DNA of 64,000 nt from Chiloscyllium plagiosum (lineage: Eukaryota). The stretch spans positions 45,102,525 through 45,166,524 of the forward strand of contig NC_057716.1 in NCBI RefSeq assembly GCF_004010195.1, in the 5' to 3' direction. The notes under the pieces were generated by a model. It was not told where the DNA came from, made no database searches, and saw only the letters and a list, made by a program, of their open reading frames with translations. The position numbers were made by a program, and so were the translations under genes. This document shows, piece by piece, positions 11,901 to 22,998 of the stretch (positions are counted from its first letter, which is position 1; each line of letters opens with the position of its first letter).

Positions 11901-14594
11901 TCAAATTGATTGCAGATATATTAAAGTGGAAAAATATATATTAGATTTTATAATCAGAAAAGAAACTCCGTGACTGGGGGTTGGGGATGGTGGTAGTGTG
12001 GTGAGAGAGATGTGTGACTCCACGTGTGTACAGAGACAAAGAAATAAACAGAGGCCACACTATTAACTAATATTAAATATTTGGAAAGATTCAAATTTGT
12101 TTCCCAAAGGCCGAGAAAATATCGTTTGGATGTTGTACGTGATGCTATTGATTTTGTTTAAATTTGTGAATAAATTTACATGCACATGTGTGCAGGGTCA
12201 GAAACATTAATTTGGACGTACAAAATTAATAAGTTCATTAACGGGCGTGGTGTTCACTTTAGCTTCCACTGTCATTTAACAACCGGACATACATATAAGC
12301 GTATAAATCATTTGTATCTTTCAAGAAAATGCTTGGAACATGTACATTTTTTTCTGTCGCTTTCTTTTTCAGTTGATGACCTAAGCCAATAGGTTTCCCC
12401 GTCGATGATATTGTTATTGAACTAGATATGCGGATTAATCGATATATAAGTTTGCCTTATGGTGAAGTGTACTTCACTGCACTACCTATATGTATGTTTG
12501 GGAATAGATAAGTTTGTCCAAACTCAAGAAACAAAGACGAATTGATTGTCTTCGCTCCTTTGACCAGTATCTGCGTTTTTGTTTGTTATTAACAGCCAAA
12601 AACATCTGAATTGGTTGATTTCAAAGAAGTCTGCAATTACATGAAGAAAACTATAAAGTCATTAGGTCAGACGTCTAGCCAGTTGTGGGGTTTATAGTAC
12701 CCCGTTCCTTCCGGTTCTAAAGTACTGTATGTAGAATTGTGGCAATAGATGGCGTTGTAATTCAACACCTTCTGAGCACTAAAGTTTTCAGAAGATTCTC
12801 CAAAAAGAATGAAGGTCTAGTTTTACAAGGACCCGCAATTGTTTTCAGTCTGAAACATTAATGAGATAGTGGCATGAAATAAAGTGTTCTGTGACCACTT
12901 AGGTGTATAATGATTATAAACCCGCACTAGGGTTTTGCCAGCAATGTGTGCTTAGTTGTTTATTTTTATATCTTTAACTAAAGCACCTAGTGTATTTGCA
13001 ACTATGAATCATTCCAACGTGCTATGTGTCGGATACCGCGACAATAATATAAATAACTTATTGTTCCTACAACAGACGATAAACTATCGACATTTTGCGA
13101 CACAACCGATCGAAAGTAACTTCCTTCGAGCAAATACCAACTCACATACTAAGAAAATAATCGAAGTCTATTGATTAAAAATGTCTTAATTTTACAAAAT
13201 ACTTTTGAGTTGCATTTGCTATTGGACTACATGTGACAGTATGCGTTTGGATGATAATTGGTAGTTATTAAAATTCAGGATTCCGGAATTGTTTTTACAA
13301 TTTATACCAACCAGGAGTCTTCTTCCTTCACGAGGTCAATACTAGACTGTTGATCAGCTCATTTAAGCAAAATCCCCTTTGGGTCATCATAATCTCAACA
13401 TCCATTTAGCAATACGGCTTTTCGGACAGAAGTGGGGGCATTAGAATGCGCTTCTGATGGAATATATGACCTTGCAGTCTGCGTTTAAATGACCAAGAGC
13501 TTACAGTCAAAAGAGTTTATCGAATCATAAATGACTTTTGAAACAGTCAGCAAAATTGAAATCTTTGTAATTTTTTATTGTTATCATGACGAGAAAACGT
13601 GAGGTACAAACCAATGGACATGGATGGAACTTTCTGCTTAGCCTTTTGACGTTTGCAGTGCAGCATCAGATCTGTTATCACATCTAGTGTTAGCTAGTGA
13701 ATACTGCAAAGGATCTGGGAGTAAGCGAAAAGCTACTGTGTTACTATATTTTCTTACATCTTCATTACATTAAATACATTGCATTTTATCCAAGTAAGCA
13801 CATCTTTACTGAAGGTGACGCAATACACACAGAATTAAAGCAGATCATGTTCACTTGCTATTAAAATAAGCTTGCTTCTGATTGTCCCAAACGCACAGAA
13901 AGATGTCTATGCCATTTTAAAATTAAAACAACATTTAAACACCTTTCAATTTATTTGTGTTCCTTAGTCAAAGTGCCTCTAGATTAATGACACTTCAGGG
14001 TTATTCGAAAAATGTGCCTTCCCATCATGACCGTGATGGCCTGTTAATTTCATTTGAAATATTTAAAATAAATAGTACATCGGCTCGACACTTTATCAAC
14101 AGCGTGGTTATGTCACTGTACTTGAAACTAACTGAATGGTGCTCAGTGACATTTGTATCATATTTGACCAAGTATTTGAATTTTAAAAAATGGAACAGAA
14201 AGACAAAGAGTTTGCTTTTTTAATATTTATATCGAAATGATACACTAACTGTACAACGGAAATACATTTTACAAGTTGCACAACCAAAACAAATATTCAA
14301 ATATGCATATTTTATTTTTATATAAAACATGTATATTGTAATCATGTCAAAGTTTTTAAAATACGACAGGCAATGTGCTGACTTCAGTTTAAGTTCCGTT
14401 TAATGTATCCCAATAGCAGCAAATCAGGAACAGTCTCTGGGTGAATGTCAATTGTTTAAATACAAGGTTGCTCTGGAGCAGGACAACACTGGGAAAGATA
14501 AACCGTGCTTCGATTAGGCACCACTAGATAGACAAAACGCTTTTTACACCGTCTGTAGGATTTTCAGACTTATAATTAAGAAGCAGCTGATCGT

Positions 14595-14836
14595 TCAAGA
14601 CTCTTCGTTATTTTTCACCTTGTTCATCTTTTTCATTTTCATCCTTCTGTTCTGAAACCAGATCTTTACTTGCCTCTCAGTAAGATTTAAAATTCTAGCA
14701 ACTTCATAACGCCGGTCTCTGGTGAGATACATATTAAATAAAAACTCTTTTTCTAACTCAAGCGTCTGGTACTTGGTGTAAGGACAACGCTTCTTCCTGG
14801 TAGAGCGCGCGTGGATCCAATTTATTGCAGGATGAT
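14595..14836 (-). CDS. hoxd9: HoxD9 exon 2 (homeobox)
   Basis: Acceptor ACAG|AT, then [71 protein letters not shown], a PG9 homeodomain. Confidence 0.96.
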
Positions 14837-15387
14837 CTGTAAGGAATGGGAGGTGAAAAAGAAGCAAGAACTTAAGCATGAACATCTCCTGAATATTTTC
14901 AACGGAATTTTAGACAGCTTAAAGAATGCCCACAATCACAATAATGTTGATTAAATCTGCAGTACTGTCCCCCACTGGGTGCTTGACAAGTTCAGTGAGA
15001 TTTAATATACTGAGAAGTTGAGACATTGATTTCAACGTATTTCGGGTCGTGTTGAAATGGATTGTTGTTTAACAGAAAATAATATTGGATGAAAATAATG
15101 GAAAAATACAGTTACAAAAGTTTAATTGGGGGAAAAAATCTACTTTCGACTTTCAAATTGCCCTGTAAAGTGCAACGAGAAGGAATGCATGATCGTTTTA
15201 AAGTCATGTCAGACTCAAATTTGTGTGTAAAAATTCCCTGTAAACAATATAAACTCTTTACTGTGGCTGTGGCTTTTCAGACTTGGGTAAGCGTCTAGAC
15301 ATTTTTATAGGTTTGTAAAACCATCAGCTTTGCATACTCGGGTCTACAGGTTGGGGTTGTAAATCAAGCTGCAATTTTTGCACTTAC

Positions 15388-15934
15388 TTGGGTCAAGTTG
15401 CTGTTGTTTCTCCTCCTTGTGCTCACTGTTGCTCGTAGTCTCGGAGCTGGTGCAGCCAAGCTCCTTGGGAAGCTTCTCCCTGCACTCTGGGTAAGAGCCG
15501 CAAGTGAAGTCCGGTAGGCTGAGGGTTTGCAGCTCATAGGAAGAGCACTCAGTCCTCTTGGTTGACAAAGTTTCTGGTTTGATCCCGTAATGCCGGCCAT
15601 TAGGATGGAATCCGGGGAAGGAGACTGAAGTGGAAATCGGTTCTAACCACGAGCGTACATATCTGCTGTCTCCAGCTGCAAGATGCGATTGATGCATGTA
15701 AGGATGATAGATTCCTGCAACGGCGGCAGAGGATTGAGGGTGAACGGGAGACCAGGGATTTGAAAATGCGGTTGACTTGGGGGTAAAACTGCAGGAAGAG
15801 AAATCTGAAGTGTCTGCTACACCTGATGGCCTTGAAGCTGTGCCTTGGGCATATCTAGTCGCGTATAAGTCCTCTGTCTCCTGCCCAATTAAAGAATCAA
15901 CATAATAATTGTGTATAGTGCCACCGGTCGACAT
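15388..15934 (-). CDS. hoxd9: HoxD9 exon 1
   Basis: MSTGGTIHNYYVDSL...YVRSWLEP...QQQLDP. Donor CCAA|GTAAGT at 15388/15387. Confidence 0.95.
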
Positions 15935-18900
15935 TTTAGACTCTCTCGCTTTCATAGAAAAGGTTACACTGGAAAGTGTATCTGATACCTTCACTCAGAA
16001 CAATCATAGTATTTTGCCGACTACAGTTGCAGCTATTGGTTGCGGGACTCACGTGATTATATTTACTAATAGAGAGAGTAAATCAATCCGCCCATCAGCC
16101 TGACCGCAACGGGGCCTAGTCCAGCTTTATACCAAATTGAAAACCATGCACTATGAATGGACAAAACAAAACCACTTGATCAGGATTGTTGGAAATATTC
16201 TGCTGGATCCAAAGGAGCAACCTCTCCAAATGCAGTTAAACCAGCTCTGGAGAAACAGGGGGACTACTTTCCCGTCAGCTAATTAATGTCTGTCACTCAT
16301 TTTATAATCAGCAATGCGTAGTCCATGATCTATGTCAAGAGCAGATATCTGTTAGCTTAGTGCAATAAAGCGGCAAGAAAACACCTTCGAGGTACGTTGG
16401 TGCTTCTATATTGTGTATCCCTATTTAGAAAAGAGCTTGTACAGACCATTGATTGCTTTATCCCATAAAAGGAGTAAACGACATGTTGTAAAATGAAGGA
16501 TTTGAGCTGCTTGTTTTAAAATCTGGAGTATTGCTGAGTTTATTTTCCTCACTTCGAATTTTCTTTAGCTAATATTTTATTTTGTTTTAAACATCATTGC
16601 ATTTGAAGTAAACGGTTCCTCGCCCCTTTATAGTCTGTACTCAGAAGCCATCATAAATGCTTTTATGTCTATCAATAAAAATTTTATGAGGTGCATTTGA
16701 TTATACATTAATGTGTCTTTAATAAAACAAGCCTCTTTTGGCAGAGTAAAGCACACTTAACCAAAACTGGACGCCAAAATGTTCCCACAAGGTGCGAGTA
16801 TTCCCGTCTATAAATATGTTTGCCGTACATGGTCTGTTTACAGCAGACCACTGCACCATGGTATTCCAAAGAGGCGAATGTACCCACAGTTGGGGACTTA
16901 AATGCATCCCAGCCCCAGTGCGGTGTTTCAATGCTGGTCCATACAATAGAGAACTTCACTGAGTTTGAAAGAAAAGGACGAGAAGTTTGAATTGTTTCCG
17001 AGTTTTAGAATATGATGCCCACGAACCAGCTACAGAGAAATGTCGTTCTTCTTCAGAAAGCACATTCACTGACCGTCGACCCTGATACAAATCAGGCAAA
17101 CTTTCTTTGTGAGAAAGGGAATAAAGTTTAAATTTTGTTGTTTTTCGTATAGATACATTTAGACTGATCTTTCTTGATCATATCGAATATTTTTCTTAAG
17201 AAATGGTCAGTAACTGCGCAGTAATCTTGACATTCACCATGACGAGATTATAGTCATTAATTGTGTCCATCTCACGGACGACTCACAAACTCCATCCTAT
17301 TAAAACAAACTTTATTTTTATCACTTCAGTTTACTTTCTTGTTTATGGGCAGATACGTTATTATTTGTATTTTCTTCAAGGTGAACAAGAAGAAAACATA
17401 CTTGACCGATCATAGTGAATGGTCAAAACGGGGAGATTAGGATAGCTGAAACATAACGCACAATATGAACCGTTCAACTCAACCTCGCTCTGATATGAAC
17501 TGTTACACATTACCTTAATGCACTCAAGTCACTTTCTTTAAACAATCTGCAATCTTTGAAGACCTAATTTTCAAGTTTATTTGCCAAATCAGATTTAAGG
17601 TTAAATAAATAACAATCTTGCTGGCTATAGTTAGCACTTTCCTACTGATCGGGTTTTTATTTCGCAAGTTGCCAGTTTTTGTGAAATTGAAGCGACAGGA
17701 GCACATTGACGGCAATTGATTTACTTCATTCACAAATATAGCGGTTAGTTTCTTTCACGCTGGAAATTAAGAATAATGGAAGAAATCCAGGCTGCAGTTA
17801 GGTGCTGTGATTGTTAGGCCGACACAACAGCATGGTTTATATTATTACAGATAAGGTTATTTCGGTAAAGCATAAATAAACTCAAATTTCTACAACCTTT
17901 TGTTTATGAAGTTGACTGATTTATAAGGAATGTCGTCAGAAAGCACCTCCTTTCGTTGATTGCCATTTTACAGCAAGTCAAGTAAAACTTTGTCTTTTAC
18001 AGAGTTAATGTGGTTAAGGTGCATTATCAACTATTCGCCCACCTTCACAAATTAACTCGCGTTGAGAGAACTCTTTGCAAGTGAAAGGTCAGATGAATAG
18101 TACGCAAGTGATAAAGGATTACTTTTCTTATAAGTTTCCTGTCATGTGATGCAAAAGACAAAACCAAAATGTCGCGTTTAAATAATATGAGCATTTGCAT
18201 GGATCGGGATGCCACTAAAATCCAATTGGGAAATATTTTTTCTATTTTTAATTGTTTTCAATGAGAAGTAAATATTTTCATCAGTTATAGCTTTAAATTG
18301 ACTCACTCATGTTAATTCGCTTTGCAAGTACACAGACCGTTGTTCAAATGTATCGGGCAAGCTGTTTTCCCCTGTAGACTAATCTACAGAATTAGAGAGA
18401 GAGAGAAAAGCATTCGTGGGGCTATAGCTAAAAACAAATATTATGCTAAACGATTTCTGCAATGCTTGTGTTCTTGATTGTGTAAAAACTATGCATTATT
18501 TCAAACTTGGACTTGATTGAGCTGATGGTTATGCTTAATTCGGTTTGAGCTGTCTTCTTAATGCCCCTGTACACTCTGCGATTCCAAATGTGTCACGATG
18601 TTCCTTCGGTGTAAAAGATTTTGCGACAGACACACGGAATATATATTTTCTTTAACGACGTTATAATGTTTATGACGTTATCGAAGTTTCTTGTCATTTT
18701 GAGATAACAGTAAGGGTGGAGTACTTGTTACTATTATATTCGTGCCTTTTTATCTTCTTCTTAAAAGATAGTCATGTACAATTATTGTTAAAGGGTCGGA
18801 ATTCCGTAGGCTTTGAAAAGAAGTGCATGCGTAAATGGAGATTTATCTTGAGTTTTGACGCTCTTTATTAATTGGATGGAGCCTTTTCTATAAATAAGTG

Positions 18901-19571
18901 TATCGAATTAAAACTTTGACTGGCCGTTGTATTCAGTCTACTCTCCTCTCCTACGCTTAGATTTGTTTCTGTATTTATGAAATTTGGATTAAAGAATGGC
19001 GTTGAAGAAATGTCACGAAAGTATGCGAAACTCGTCACGTTGCGCGCTAAAAATATCGAGGATCCAACCATGTTACTAAAGTTTTTTTTTATTGCCGCGG
19101 GTGACAGTTACAAGATACAGCTGCGCTTCCTAGAAGGACCGAACATTGAATTCATAATGCTTGACCCCCCTACTGCAACCAAATATCTTCAGTATTTCGT
19201 ACCGAATAAAATAACCCTTCAGCACGAAAATGATCGTTTGCATGGAACACGTGGGAATCACTAGTCCAAGGTGTCTATTTATTAATACCAAGGTAGCAGC
19301 CTTAAAAAAATATAGTTTTGATCTGATGGTTAAGGTACAACTCAAATCAATGATCAAGCAGATTTGCATTTGTGAATAAAGCGGGTTACTATTCCCCGTA
19401 AATATTTCCTCAGAAAACCTTAACAGTGAATGTTATTGATTCAAATTAAGTTAGACACCACTTACTCCTGCCGCAACCGTAGATTTAGCTGCAACCATAT
19501 AAAAGGAAATGAATGGGTTATTATTGACACACATATCTCCCAAGAGACAAAGTATGAATAAATATATAACC

Positions 19572-19695
19572 AAAACACAAATGCTGAAAAAATTAGAAAT
19601 ATTCAGCAGGTCAGACAGCATCCGCGGAGGGTAATCGAGCTGAAGTTTCAGTCGTTTTCTGGCATTTTCTGTTTTATTTCAAATTCCCAGTATTT
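19572..19695 (+). mobile_element. Highly decayed, internally deleted copy of the same repeat family
   Basis: AAATATTCAGCAGGTCAGACAGCATCCG...GCATTTTCTGTTTTATTTCAAATTCCCAG resembles both ends of the 53.2-kb element. Confidence 0.5.
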
Positions 19696-20785
19696 AGCCT
19701 TTCATTAAATAAATGTCTGCCTTTTTTGGGCCAGTTCCTAATTACAGTGTATTATTTTTTATAAAACTAAAATAGACGTATAAGGACAGAATAAACCATG
19801 TTTTGATAAATTAGTATCCACACGTGCAGGCTTTGTGGTTTGTCCCACACTAGACGCACTGCAGTGTGTAAATTTGTTGTTTAATTTAGAATCTAGCAAT
19901 TCAGGGTGCGTCTCCTACTAATTACGAAAACGTAAAGTGATGCTCTGTAGTGTTGGGAAATAGTAATTAATTAATATCTGCATTGGCACTTATATCAACA
20001 TCTCCATTAATATTTGTACCACGTCGTTGCATTTACTAAACCTTTACCTGTTGTAAGAAACACTATGCTTGACGTTGTTAAATCATTTTGTTGAAGTATC
20101 CTAGAATAATTTAACAATTTCGCCTAGGCCATGGACAAAGGTTTCTCAAGTTGTGAAATAGATTGAAGAAATTGAAATCTAATTTAGCATTTATTGTTTA
20201 TATTTATATATATACATATATACGTGCAACAGACACATGCATATAAATAGACATGAAAATTTGTATCACGACTCCATCACATACTCCAAAAATGGATTTA
20301 AGAATTTCTTCCAGAGACCTCATGAATTTAACACAGTATTTTGTGGGACCACTGCTTAAGAGTAACCTCAAAATAAACAATTCCAATCGTCTGTGTCTGA
20401 TACGACTTTTCACGATATTGTCACATCTGATTTGTAATTACTAAATAAATGTCATTTTTCTGTATTTCCTAATTTTGTAAACTGTGATGTTCTGATGTAC
20501 AGTACACTTTCTCCAAATTACACGAATAATTGTAGCATGTCAAATAACTTAAGTTCTACTTACTAAACAAAGTAAGTAGTTTGCCCCATGTTAGACAGAA
20601 TAATTTCTTAGAAAATATTCTTGTTAAGTAAACGTGCTATTGTACTTTCAAACAACCATAACACTAAAATGGTCAAATCAGAATAGTTGACAATATCCCA
20701 GAGTGGAGAAAGAGGAGGATTCCAGTCTCCAGTAAACCATTACAATATTAAATGTTTGGGATCGCAGTGGAATCGTATTTCACAC

Positions 20786-21057
20786 TCAAGAGAAGGTTAG
20801 ATTCGTGGTCAGTTCTCGAATTCGAGTTTCCCGGTTCATTTTCTTCAGCTTCATTCTGCGATTTTGAAACCAGATCTTGACTTGTCTGTCGGTCAGATTC
20901 ACGCTCTTACTTATCTCTAGACGGCGCTCACGAGTCAGATACATATTAAATAAAAACTCTTTTTCTAATTCCAGTGTCTGATATTTTGTATAAGGACATC
21001 TCTTCTTCCTTCCACTCTTTGCTGTTAGCCAGTTGCTTATTGGAGTTTTGATCTCTT
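20786..21057 (-). CDS. hoxd10: HoxD10 exon 2 (homeobox)
   Basis: Not in the ORF track. Translated by hand after CTAG|AA: [89 protein letters not shown]. Confidence 0.95.
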
Positions 21058-22259
21058 CTAGCAGAAGTAAGAAATAAGAAATGAGATTTTAGCAAACATG
21101 TCTTTAACATAATAATTCAAGCAAAACCCAGACAATACGGTTGAACATAATCCTGACATCTTAAGTTATACACAGCGCAGCAAACCTCTGCACGTTCTTC
21201 GCTTGTTGCCAAATAGTCAAAACAAATAAACACACAATTTGGGGTAATCCAAAGATCGAATCTCTTATTAACGCAAGGAAACTTTCTTAAAAATACTTTA
21301 GATATTGACAAAGACTATTATATCTCAGGTTTTTGGGTAGCTTTCTTTGCGAATTGTAAAATATATTCCAGAGCATTAAAGATGCACGGAAATCAGACAA
21401 TTCGTCAGATACGATGTATGATTAGTAGGCAATACTATTACTTGTGAATGGAATGTAAAGACGTAGGTTAGTTGCACCGACAGGCTTTTCACCAAAAAGT
21501 CGTTTTTCAACTTCATAACGTAAATTTAATGATTGCAAAATCCTGACAGCACAAACCTATGTCGCTATGACAATAATTCCTGAGGTAAATCTTAGGCTAT
21601 TAAACATACTATCGCTGCCACTTATCGAACAGGTTAATTGGAATTTATGATTGTACGTGCTAGCAATATTTCACGTTCTTAGTATGAAACTTCTATCATA
21701 GTTCATTGTGATATGTTACATATCCAACATAAACTATACCAGGGAAAACGACCGTTCTAACTGCGACTAGCACTTTCCAATCGAATCTTTCCAAGTCAGC
21801 AAATGGTGGAAGTAGCTTACTTTTCACAATAGAGTGAGTAAGACAGAGCTTGCACTGTGGCCCTAAATATAGAAATAGGTATTCTTAATATTTGTAGTTC
21901 ATGATTGCTAAAACTTTCGGGTTAAACCTTAGGAGTGGATTAGGAGACGCATGGCAACACTAAAATGAAATTATCAAGGTTAGACTGACATCTGTAAATG
22001 ATTTGTTGGCTTTTGCTACGTCATTAACAATGTAATAGTATTACGGAGCATATTTTCCAACATGTCATAAAATAAAGCTATCCTTTTATACGACATTTAT
22101 CAGACTTTGTTTCACGTTTGTAATTATGGGTGATCAGAAATACACATAAACCAGTCAAATATACTGCTCTAACAAAGTTATGCATTGCAGTGACTATGTA
22201 AGCTTTTGGATCGGCTGTACGATGTTACCATGTTCACATTCAATGTTTTAAATGCTCAC

Positions 22260-22998
22260 CTTTAGTCTCGTTATCCGACAGTTCCGAGCCAGATTCGGCT
22301 TCCTCAGCGGGTACACTGGCCTCCACTAAATTCGGCTTTGGTTCAGGAGTTTCCACATAAATCCCCTTAATGGATTCCTGCGCATTTGGCTTCTCGTTTA
22401 TTTTCCCTTCCATTGGTGACTGGTTGGATACCTGGAGTTTACTGATAAGCCCTAGATTTGACTGCGGCATTACATTTGAACGGATCTCCCCAGCTGGACT
22501 ATAATCCAGGCTTTTCTCCAATGGATAAGCCTGACAGAGTCTGAAATATCCCGGGATGGGAATCTCAGGATTTTCAATCGAACAGTTTTCGGACACCAGT
22601 CTGGGATAGGTAGAGATTGCGGTCGGATTGAGTTTCGCCCGTTTATCTGAATTATACATGCAGCAAGTGCTTTCCTCCTTTATGCTAGCAGGGAAGGAGC
22701 ACGTGGGCATCTGTGGAGTAACAGGTTGTTCAATTCGGCATGGTCTAGAATGGTCAGGCCAGCCATCTACCTGAGATATATACGGATGAACGCTGATGCT
22801 CATATTTTGATGGCTAACCTCTCCTCGTTTATTCATGGTCGGGAGCAGTCCACAGGTCTGCATTCCGTAAGTTCCCATATCCGTGCTCGATGGCATGTAC
22901 ATAGAGCTGCTTGAATAGAAACCGTCACCCCGACACGCACTAATCAGGGAATCTACTAAAAACGAGTTCGTAGCGGGAGAGCTATTGGGGCAGGACAT
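22260..22998 (-). CDS. hoxd10: HoxD10 exon 1
   Basis: [23 protein letters not shown]...[11 protein letters not shown]. Donor AAAG|GTGAG at 22260/22259. Confidence 0.95.

Noticed and set aside
16100-20700. mir-196 precursor between Hox9 and Hox10
   Set aside because: No TAGGTAGTTTCATGTTGTTGGG-like mature sequence was seen on the - strand. A faint resemblance near 17790-17840 is too weak.
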